A stretch of DNA of 64,000 nt from Bugula neritina (Eukaryota; Animalia; Bryozoa): the NCBI GenBank assembly GCA_964035545.1, contig OZ037765.1:33789504-33853503 (forward strand), in the 5' to 3' direction. The notes beneath the pieces are model-generated. The model was not told where the DNA came from. It made no database searches and worked only from the letters and a program-made list of their open reading frames with translations. Shown piece after piece: positions 43,671 through 55,000 of this stretch (its first letter is position 1; each line of letters opens with the position of its first letter). The position numbers and the translations under genes are program-made.

Positions 43671-44225
43671 CTGTAACATAACATACAGGTATAGAAACAC
43701 TCTGTAGCTCATACATACAAAGTGTGATAACATAGTTTTATAATAATAATTATTATGACTCTGTATTTCTGCTGTCTAACCTCAAGACAACCTTGGGCAT
43801 AGCATTTTATGTTGTGTTAGTTGCAGTTATTATATCTATGCTGTAGAGGCTACACTCAGTTGAGGGCTAAAAACTACATCTTATATATATATACAGTATA
43901 TGACATCATACAGTTGCCATACATCATATGATTCATGCAGTAATAACCAACAACTCTATTGCCTTATGTAAACATTCAAAACATTACATAGCAGTTGCAT
44001 AATGAGAAACAATGAGGGGATAACTACTATGATGAAGAATTAGAAAACTCACTTGTGCCATTACTACCTGTGCCATTTTTACTGCGGTGCGATTTTTACC
44101 AGACACCGTATGCACTTTATTAACATACTCATACAGTTTCATTTTCTTGCTGAATATCGCTATGGGGGTGTTAAAGACCACACCATTATTTAGTCATGTT
44201 ACAGAAAGAACTTGGACTACTATAA

Positions 44226-47200
44226 GGGTCATTCCGTGTCAAATCAACCAAATTTCAGAAAGTCCCACGCCTTTGCGTCTCAGATTTTGTTCATATTTAC
44301 ACCAAATGGACCTACACATGTCTTGAGTGCTATTCTCAAATATTTCTGGCCTGGCACAAAAACTTTTTGAGAAATGAATATTTCCACGAACAAAGGTTGG
44401 GAAAAATTTTGAGGAAAATTTGCGATTTTTACTTTTAGACCAATTTGTAAACGCCCATATCTCCATTATTTTTCTAGACTGAGCCTTAAAATTTGGTGTG
44501 TGATTTGATTACACCTATCAATTTGCACTAGTAGTAACACATACTGCAGAATACTTTGTGTGCATATATGCTATGCTATTGAATATTGGCAATTTTTTAT
44601 GAATTTTGAAAAATTTCGAATATTTGCCACATCACAAAAGGCATTAATTTTTATTTTACTTCCATAAATTTTTATTCATAAATAGCTGATTATGGTTACT
44701 TTATACTCTTTAATTTGTGTAATTTTGAAAATAATATTTTCCGAGATATAGACACCCAAAGTGAAGAAAATGTGAAAATTCGCCCAACTTCACAAGGATG
44801 TAACCCGATGTTTGAATACAGTAAAATCTTTCAAACAAGTATTTTCTGTAACGTCATTTAGTGTATTTTGTAGATTCATAAATTTGGACGTCCTTATATT
44901 GTCCAAACTTGAAGCAAATCGCACGGAAAAATGGTATGCGTACGAAAATCGGCAAAATGCAATTTTTCAATGTAATATGTTGGGATCATACATTTTTATT
45001 ATTCATATTGTTCAAAATATCAAGTAGATACATATATGTTTCCTATATATGTCAAATCTACTGAAGATTACGATAAAATCTGATTTGTGTGTAATATCGT
45101 AAGAAAATTCTGCCGATCGGCATTATATGATATTCTCATTAGGTTTCAGAAAGCAATTGTTATCTGTGAGTGAATGGTATGAAACAGCTGAAATCTTGCT
45201 GTAATCAAGTACATTAAGTAGCTGAGGCAAGAGTAGCTTCAAAAAACATACCAAAATATAAAACCATGGCCCTGAACACAATAGATCTAATTTATTGCGG
45301 CTTTTGAAACAGATGTGCCTAAATATAGCAGATTGGTCCGCATCCTAATCAAGTTAGTAATTTGCCCAGGCTAAGAATAATTCATCATCCTGAAAAAAAT
45401 CTACAACTTTTTTTTTAAATGTGGAGAGAATGGTCTTCCAACTTTACCATCTGGTTCAAACAGAATTCCCTTTGCAGTTTTCTGGCTTGCTGGGCCAGGT
45501 AATTGTTTGCTCCAGATTCTATGGCTGTTCTATCGGTGGTCCAGCTTTTCGTGCTAATGTCAATAACTGGACCCTCTCTAGTCACAAGAAAACTTTCGCA
45601 TCCTTATTCAAGGATCAAGGATCATCAATTTGTTCAAATCTTTATGATTACTACGCTTCATACAGACATTTGTTACTTCTGGGTGGAGTTCTTCTTCATC
45701 TATGACAAAGACTGTTTCTACCTTTTCAGTAATGACCTCCTGCACTTTCTTTCGTTTTCTTTTCCTATAGCTCACTTTACTGGATGGGCTAATTTTTGCA
45801 ACTTTCAAGGAAGAAGCTCCCAATTCTGTCATTCCAGTGTTTAGTGTTTGTGCCTCCTTCTCAACTTTAAGAAATGCATCACTTTTAGTTTCCTGAGAGT
45901 ATTCTGAGAGCTCATCTTTTTTTAAAGCAATTAATATTGCACAGTTTCTCTCAGTTTCTACAGTTCAAAGGAATAGAATTATACTAGGAGAGCCCTAAAA
46001 TTTAGCCCTTCCAGTAAAGTGAACTATGGAAAAAAAACAAAATCAAGTGAAGGAGGTCATTGCTAAGAAGGTTTCCAAAGTTGCAAGTATAGAGGGAGAA
46101 GAGCTCCACCCAGAATCAACAAATGCCTGTATAAAGCCTAATAATCATAAAGATTTGAACATATTATTATGTTCCTTGAATAAGGTGAAAGTTTCTTTGG
46201 GACAAAAGAAGGTCCAGTTATTGACATTGGCACCAGAAAGGTGGACCATTGATAAGACCTCTATAAAATTTGGAGTAAACAATTATCGTTGTGTTTTAAG
46301 TTAGAGAAATAAATATTTATTATAGTAGCAGACTGAAAAAATAGCAACGTAAAAAAAGGTTATCTTTAGAGTTACCAGTTGCCAGTACAAGTGTGAAATG
46401 CAAGTCTGGATAAGAGAAAAACTGCTGGGTCTTTATAGTCGCTTAGTTAGCTTTTGTGTACTAGCTATAATGAAAATGGAAAAGCATAACAAGCTGAGAT
46501 GACATGTATTAGGAAAAAGCTTCCCCAGCTTATGTAAAAATCCAACAATTACCTTGCACAGCAAACCAGAAGACTGCAAAAGGAGTTCTGTCTGAACCAG
46601 ATATTAAAGTTGGAAGACCATTGCTTCCAGTTTTGAAAAAGAGAGTTGTAAATTTTTTCAGGATGATGAACATTGGACATGGCATGACGCCAATTACTTG
46701 ATTTTTTAACCAGTACTGACCAAATTAGGGCGAGGTTAGGGCCATTTTGCTATATTTAGGCACATCTGTTTCAAAAGCCACAATTATTTCCGGCATGTAT
46801 TAAACACCACTGTCATCGAATAAATTAGACCTATTGTGTTCAGGGCCATGGTTTTATATTTGGGTATGTTTTTTGAAGCTACTCTTGCCTCAGCTACTTA
46901 ATGTACTTGATTACAGCAAGATTTCAGCTGTTTCATACCATTCACTCACAGAAATAACAATTGCTATCTGAAACCTAATGGGAATATCATATAATGCCGA
47001 TCTGCAGAATTTTTCTTACGATATTACACACAAATCAGATTTTATCGTAATCTTCAGTAGATTTGACATATATAGGAAACATATATGTATCTACTTGATA
47101 TTTTGAACAATATGAATAATAAAAATGTATGATCCCAATATATTATATTGAAAAATTGCATTTTGCCGATTTTCGTACGCATACCATTTTTCCGTGCGAT

Positions 47201-47883
47201 TTACTTCAAGTTTGGACAATATAAGGACGTCCAAATTTATGAATCTACAAAATACACTAAATGACGTTACAGAAAATACTTGTTTGAAAGATTTTACTGT
47301 ATTCAAACATCGGGTTACATCCTTGTGAAGTTGGGCGAATTTTCACATTTTCTTCACTTTGGGTGTCTATATCTCGGAAAATATTATTTTCAAAATTACA
47401 CAAATTAAGGAGTATAAAGTAACCATAATCAACTATTTATGAATAAAAATTTATGGAAGTAAAATAAAAATTAATGCCTTTTGTGATGTGGCAAATATTC
47501 GAAATTTTTCAAAATTCATAAAAAATTGCCAATATTCAATGGCATAGCATATATGCACACAGAGTATTCTGCAGTATGTGTTACTACTAGTGCAAATTGA
47601 TAGGTGTTATCAAATCACACACCAAATTTTAAGGCTCAGTCTAGAAAAATAATGGAGATATGGGCGTTTACAAATTGGTCTAAAAGTAAAAATCGCAAAT
47701 TTTCCTCAAAATTTTTCCCAACCTTTGTTCGTGAAAATATTCATTTCTCAAAAAGTTTTTGTGCCAGGCCAGAAATATTTAAAAATAGCACTCAAGACAT
47801 GTGTAGGTCCATTTGGTGTAAATATGAACAAAATCTGAGACGCAAAGGCGTGGGCCATTGGTTGAGTTGACACGGAATGACCC
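44226..47883. mobile_element. Sola2-like DNA transposon, non-autonomous, TIRs over 1 kb
   Basis: Ends GGGTCATTCCGTGTCAA / TTGACACGGAATGACCC; 4-bp TSD ATAA; arms about 44226-45335 and 46750-47883; internal transposase-like remnants (KVQLLTLAPERWTIDK..FGV, FFQDDE) in both orientations. Confidence 0.78.
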
Positions 47884-50800
47884 ATAAATAACTAGAAACA
47901 AGCTACTCTGTCTACCAGAAGAAGAGATATATAATAGACCATGTAAAACTCAGCCAATCAGCAAAGTGTACCAGGTCAATGTTCTACCATTATAACTGAT
48001 ATAAAATTCTGCAAGTTCAATTGCAAAATGCATGCTTCTAAAAGCTAGTTGTGCAACTTTTTTTTCATGCATTATTTAATTTCATATCTTAAGTTGATGA
48101 CTCTTGAAACTATTTTTTAAAATGTCTAAATTAAGTGTTTATAAAATGCAATTAAAAATTGCATGTCTAAAAAATGACCTGGTACACTTTTGCAACTTAA
48201 GGCCAATTATTACATAACTGCCAGCTTAGTAGTTATTTGTTGTTGCAGCTTGAATGGGTTATTGTTTAGCATTGAAAGCTTGTAGCAAACATCTGTGAAT
48301 TTGGTACATGACTTTGATTGGCTGGTTTTTGAATGGCCCTTTAATATATGCATCTGGATGGCTGGGTAGTGTAGACTCCGCCTACATCTAGCTAATGTAC
48401 AGTAGCCAATCCACAGTAGTATTACAAAATTTCTGTTTAACAAATGAAATATTCTGGTCATTTGTTTTGTACTTTACAATAGTAAATATTCTATTCAACT
48501 GGAATTTTGTTGTATGTAAGCCATGGGAACTGCTAAGAGGTTAAATCAACCACCCATGCTGGTAATATTGTAGCTCGCAGTAATAGCAAGTCCACACCAT
48601 ATAAATATACACATCAGCTATTATGTGCAGCTTATGAATGCTGAAATGACCCCATTTTTTACCTTCAATTTGAAAAAATTGTATTACATATTCTGCCACT
48701 TCTGCACCAAGAATGTGTTTTCCTTTAAAATTTTGAAAATAGTAGTCAGTTTCTGCAGCAGTCAACTGCATCCACAATAAACAGCGTAAGCTTTCAAATA
48801 AACTATAAATATATGAAATATTAGTGTGGAAACAATGTAATTTATTTATTGCTATGATGAAAAATTACAAGAACATTATATAAAAGCTAGATATAGATTT
48901 CTATTAAAATGGCACAGGTAAAAATAACACATTTTTACTTCAAATTATAAATTTCATCAGTCACCAATGGTGGCTGTAGATTGCAGAGAGCACAGCAGAC
49001 TATCATAATCATAATCATTTGGGTTACCAACGCACTAAAGCATATAATGTAAGACGCACAAAAAACATTGGTTTTAATGAAACATGTAAAAGAAACGAAC
49101 AGAAAATGTTTTCAACAGAGTCAGCTGATATAGAGCAACAGAACTCATCTGACACCCATCCTCATAGTCAGACTTCATCAGAAGTAACTGAGTTACCAGA
49201 AACATCAACTACTCAGAAAAAAAGATCTGCACATTCTATTGATAGACGGAAATCAAAAGTTGGAAGAAAAAAGCAACTAATAAAAAAGTAAAAGTTTTTA
49301 AAACTTTCACTACTACAGATGAGCGAACTAAATTTCATACTGAAATACCTACACATTTTTTATACTTTTCTTTAGCAAGGTAAAAATTATTATTTTCTCA
49401 TTGCAAAGATATACTATGGTTTATTACAAATAAACAATGCAAGTCTCACTATGCTGAAATATGTACATTATTGATTAAGTTTGATGTGTATTAAAACTGT
49501 CATTTTAATTAAATTTGTTGCAGTGTGAGTGCATCATTCATACATTTTTTATTAAAAATTTTGTTTTATGTAAGAGATTCACAAATACCACAGTGGTCAT
49601 CTGTATGCTTTGACTTATTTAGTTCAGGGTTTTAATTAAACAAGCAGCAATCTTCTATTTGTGGACAAATTGACTCATTTTCTCCAGGAAAAGTAAATTG
49701 TTTTGACCTAAATTTTCCTTGGCTATTTTAAAGCTTATCAAAAATGGCCTCCTAATCTAATTATTAGCCGAAACTAACTTGGTGTTTAAAACTAAAATGG
49801 TTTACACTTGTTACTAGTTTCACTTACTCCCAAAATTATTAAATGCTATTCTAAAAATAATATGGGTTTGAATTAGTTATAGTATAATTATAAAATGAAG
49901 TAATTATTGTTTGTACACAGTATTTGTTTAAACTCATGACTTCATTCAAAGCATGTATTCATACAACTAGCTTATTATGTACTGTTACAGTATTACGTAA
50001 CACATGTTGACACACATTACATTCTGTTTGGATGGTGATATATTGGGTCAAGCCTTCAGCTAGCAGTTCTTGAACTTCATAGTTGTTGCAAAATATAACT
50101 GAAGCTACTTACCAGAGGGTAAAAACTGCTGAATGAATACAAACTAAGCACAAAATTTATTTAGCACATACATTATAATTTGAATCATAATTTAATTTTC
50201 TTTCTTTATTTACTATATTTAGATTTATATGTCCGAAGATGAAAGTTCTTACTCTCCGAAAAAAGTTAACAAGACAAGGTGAACTTTTATTGGCTTTGAT
50301 GAAGCTGCGTCAAGGTTTACAGTTTCAAATACTTGCTGACTTTTTTATATCTCTAGATTGCTAGCAAGCCAAACCTTCAAAGACACATTAGATATTTTAG
50401 CAAGAGAACTGAACAATCTAATATATTTTCCACCAAGAGAGAAGCTGAACATCCCTCTGAGCTTTCAAAGCCAATATGCTTACATTAGGTGCATTATAGA
50501 CTGCACAGAAATATATTCATTTGCAAGCCTCAATCAAAGCTGGCTCAATATTTAACATGGGGTGAGTATAAAAAGACCAACACCATCAAGTATTTGGTTG
50601 CAATTACACCCAGGGGCACTACCTGCTTTATTTCGCATGGAATGGGAGGTAGAGCCTCAGACAAGTGTGTAGTGAATGACTCTGGGTTCTTAGACTTCAT
50701 AAACCCAGGTGATGTGGTCATGGCAAATAGAGGCTTTCCTATTGAAGAAGAACTTATAGGCGCTGGAGCCAAGTTGGCCATACCACCTGGGAAAAGAGGC

Positions 50801-51111
50801 TATGGTGTGGTGGTTCGTGGAACTACCAGCAGCACAACATGTAGGGTCGCGTAATTGACCCGGAACAATGGATAGCCAATTAGCGTAGTTGATAGTTAGC
50901 AGCAATTGTAGTTTCCCGCTGCTAAGTCAGTCGAAGCTAGAGTGTGAAATAGATTAGATGTGTAACTTGTTTGGAAATAATGTATCGTTTTTGTAATGTA
51001 TAATTGTGTGTAAAATATACTCGTTCACTCGACTTATCCTGGTGCAGTTCTATAGTAAATAAATAGACTCTCTGGATAGCACATCAACCCTAAATCGGGA
51101 AATCATAACAG

Positions 51112-51129
51112 TGGTGGCAGCGGTGGGAT
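51112..51129 (+). promoter_or_regulatory. Primer binding site, tRNA-Leu
   Basis: TGGTGGCAGCGGTGGGAT is complementary to the 3' end of eukaryotic tRNA-Leu (...ATCCCACCGCTGCCACCA). Confidence 0.85.
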
Positions 51130-51141
51130 AGTGCATCCAAG

Positions 51142-52095
51142 ATGGAGACTGAAAATGCTGGAACTCAACCACCGGCAATCGAAGGTGAGCGTAGAGACAA
51201 TGCTGTAGAGACAATGCCTGTTAACCATGTAGTAGAAGAGCGAAGGGTTCCGCGAGAACTAGCTGAAGACCGCTACAGGTTAAAGGCGCCCACCTTCACG
51301 GGTGAAGAGGGGGTGGAACAATTTATCCAAGAGTTTAGCGACGTAATGGACGTCGCTCAGTGGCCCCCTAGGGTGGCCTTGCTGAAGCTTAGAATGGCAT
51401 TGATGGACAAAGCCAAGCCCTACGGGCTGGGTGTAGACATTGATAATATCTTTGCTTCTCTGCGGGCCCGCTTTGGCCTCTCTGCTACAGATGCCAGGGC
51501 CCGATTGCAGAGGTTGCGGCGTGATCCCCGCACCCCGCTGCGGGAGCATGCCGCCGCGGTCATGAAGCTGGCACAGATCGCGTACGGCGACTTGCCCCCA
51601 GTCAACCGCGAGAGGTACACCCTCGACGCTTTCATAGCATCTGTCGACGATCTGGGTCTCCACCACCAGTTTCTAGCTAGGGGAGTCACCACCGTTAAAG
51701 ATGCTCTGACTGAGGGGGAAGCTTACCTCCTAGCTAATCAAATGCATAAAAGTCGCGGAAGCTCCCGCCAAGTGGAGATAGACCGCGCAGACACGGCCGC
51801 GGGACAAGGGGAGGAAACCCCCGCCGCGGCTGCCGTGTCCCAGTTGGCGACGGCATCAAAAGTCACTCAACTGACGGACATGCTAGCCAAGCTGATAGCA
51901 ACACTGACACCACAAAACCCAGTGAGTACCGCCCCTGAGCCCATGCGGCCATCGGCGCCGCCACAGGGAGAAACAGTCAGTTTTTGCTGGGAGTGCGGAA
52001 ATCAAGGACATTTCCGCCGATATTGTCCCTTCCTAAATCAGGGGTTAAACTACCGCGGCCCGCAGATGTTCCCACCTTCCGCGGGCCGACGATGA
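51142..52095 (+). CDS. gag: Gypsy Gag
   Basis: 317-aa ORF after the PBS with a capsid-like region and CCHC knuckle CWECGNQGHFRRYC. Confidence 0.93.
   Translation: METENAGTQPPAIEGERRDNAVETMPVNHVVEERRVPRELAEDRYRLKAPTFTGEEGVEQFIQEFSDVMDVAQWPPRVALLKLRMALMDKAKPYGLGVDIDNIFASLRARFGLSATDARARLQRLRRDPRTPLREHAAAVMKLAQIAYGDLPPVNRERYTLDAFIASVDDLGLHHQFLARGVTTVKDALTEGEAYLLANQMHKSRGSSRQVEIDRADTAAGQGEETPAAAAVSQLATASKVTQLTDMLAKLIATLTPQNPVSTAPEPMRPSAPPQGETVSFCWECGNQGHFRRYCPFLNQGLNYRGPQMFPPSAGRR
52044..52088 (+). promoter_or_regulatory. -1 ribosomal frameshift signal
   Basis: G TTA AAC in the gag frame, 5-nt spacer, then hairpin CGGCCCGC...GCGGGCCG; pol lies in the -1 frame. Confidence 0.75.
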
Positions 52096-55000
52096 AACCT
52101 CCAGGGAAGAAGAAACGCAGGTCACCCAGACGGGTACCGCGTACTGGCAACCAACAGTGGCAACAGCCACGACGAACCAGCAAGGGGCTTCGCCCCGCAG
52201 CTGCCTTTTCTATGCCCCTTCACAACAGATTCACAGGGCTACAAGTCCAAGAATCTGGATGGGAGCCCACAAAGGTAGCTGAGAATCTAGCCTCGGCACC
52301 CCCGAGGCCTACCTACCACCGCCCTAAGAGACCTCCTTCGCGACCCAAAGCGAGGGAGGTACTCCCTGCGAGAGTAAGGCCTGAAGGGAGAGTTCAGGTG
52401 CAGCCCCATGGGAACAGCTATTTCTTGCCCGGTAAACTGGAAGGCAAAGCTGTTACTTTCCTCATTGATTCGGGCTGTACCACAAACCTCTTAAGCCGCC
52501 AACTCTTCGACACCCTCAGTACTAGGGTCAGGGGCGAGATGGAAGCATACGAAGGGGAATACGGCACCCTCGCTGACGGGTCGTGCCTTCCCTTCTATGG
52601 TATAATTGAGCTGACGGGACGAGTCCGTGATCAAACGATCCAAGAGACGTTCATCGTCAGTCAGCTCAAGGAGGATGCTATCCTCGGGATGCCATTCCTT
52701 AAACGGCACGGATGTCACATAGATTTTAGCAGATCTGCAATGATGATGTCCGGGCGGGAACTCGCCTGCGTCGACAAGTTCGGCCGCCCTTTAGTGGGAG
52801 GTGTGCAAGTGGTACGCAACCGTATCATACCAGGCCGCTCCCGGGCTACCATTCACTGCAGGGTGAATAGTAGCCGGATCTCTGGACTCGGGGTGGTTGA
52901 AGGCGCGCACGAAAAGATCCAACTTGCCAGCAGTCTGAATCAGCTGACTGAACAAGGGGAGATCTTAGTGCAGTGTGTCAACCCCTTTACCGAGCCTATC
53001 AAGCTCCCGGCTGGGTCGATGCTGGGCCGTTTTCACTCTGTTCAGGAGGGAGACGTAGGCCCGTCGCTGGGTGATGCGACGGAGGCACCCCCTCAGTGCC
53101 CTATTCAGGGACGGGGGGCCGTCCCAACACATCTCCGGGAGTTATACGAAACAGCCAGTGGCGGCGGCGCGAGTAACAAAGAAAGCCAAGCTATGGCTAA
53201 GTTACTACGCGACTACGGTGATGTGTTCAGCAGCGGAGAGCAAGACGTGGGACTGACTGGAATTGTCAGACACGAAATACCGCTGACTGCAGGGACAGTC
53301 CCTGTCCGGCAGCCCACACGCAGGCTGGGGCCGGAGAAAGAGAAGGAGGTTAGCCGACAAGTACGGGATCTTCTGGACCGGGGACTGATAGAGCCCGCCC
53401 ATAGTGCGTGTAGCTCGCCAGTCGTACTGGTTCGGAAGAAAGACGGCAGTTGGCGGTTCTGTGTGGACTACCGCAAACTCAATAGCGTAACCATACAGGA
53501 CGCCTACCCTCTACCTCGTATTGACGAGTCATTGGACGCCCTAGCCGGCAGCAAGTACTTCAGTACGTTAGACTTGCTAAGCGGCTATTGGCAGGTTCCT
53601 CTGAGTCCCGACGCCCAAGAGAAAGCGGCGTTTATCACACGGGACGGTTTGTGGAAGTGGAAGGTGCTGCCCTTCGGGTTAACCTCCGCCCCAGCCACCT
53701 TCCAGAGGCTGATGAAACAAGTCCTTAGCGGACTCCATTGGAAGACACTGCTGGTCTACCTCGATGATGTCATCGTAATCTCTCCAGACTTCGAGACACA
53801 TGTCAGTCGTCTGCAGGAGGTTTTCGAGAGACTCCGAGGTGCCGGTCTTAAGCTCAAACCTTCCAAGTGCGCTCTGTTGCAGCCGGAGGTCAAGTACCTG
53901 GGGCACGTTGTCGGTCGAAACGGCGTGGCAACGGATCCCGAAAAGGTACGGGCAGTAGAAGACTGGGTCACCCCCCAAGACTTGACCGGACTCCGGGCTT
54001 TCTTGGGGCTAGTAGGGTATTACAGGCAATACATACCAGACTTTGCGGGCATAGCCCAGCCGTTAAACCGGCTCACCGCAAAGGGAGTGACGTGGCAGTG
54101 GACTCCAGTCGAACAAGAAGCGTTCGACCGCCTCAAGGTCTGCCTCCTAACGGCGCCCATCTTGGCCTACCCAGACCCCACTCTGGAGTACATCCTAGAC
54201 ACGGACGCCAGTGACCAGAATGTTGGCGCTGTGCTGTCACAAGTGCAGGAAGGCCGAGAGGCAGTAGTAGCCTACTACAGCAAGTCTCTCTCTCCCGCTG
54301 AACGAAATTACTGCACTACCCGCAAGGAGCTGCTGGCAGTAATCAAGTCAGTGAAGCACTTCAGACCATACCTATATGGCAGGAAGTTCCGGCTGCGTAC
54401 AGATCATGCCTCGCTGATCTGGTTGTGCAGGAGAGCAGAGCCCTCTAGTCAGGTCGCCCGGTGGCTCGAAATCCTAGCTGAATTCTCATACCGGATCGAA
54501 CATCGACCGGGCAAGAGACACAGCAATGCGGATGGGTTGAGTCGCCGACCTGACGGAGGTTGCAAACAGTGTCTCAACATCGAGAGGAGGGATGCAGGTC
54601 CCCCACGATACGAGTTGGAGACGCTGGCTCAGCACGGAGCACCGTTTGACTGGGATCAAGGTCAACTCAGGCAAAGAGTTGATGAGTCCCCGGAGGATGT
54701 ACAAAACCTCCGCGCCAACCCTGTACTGGCCGGTAATGTTCGAGAGCTGAAGAAGCTCCAAGAAGAGCTGCCTGGAGTCGTGGCAGACATATACCGGGCC
54801 AAAAGGGAAGGGCGACGACCCAGCGAGGAACGCATACGACAGGGATGCGCCGAGTTCCGGCTATACTGTCAGCGTTGGGACTCGCTGCGGATCGGGCAGG
54901 ATGGGTTGCTAACCATCTCTCTAGCTGCCAGCGGCAGACACCCGGAAAGGAAGAGGGTAGTCTGCCCCACAGCCATCCGCCGTGAGTTGATTTGGGATAC

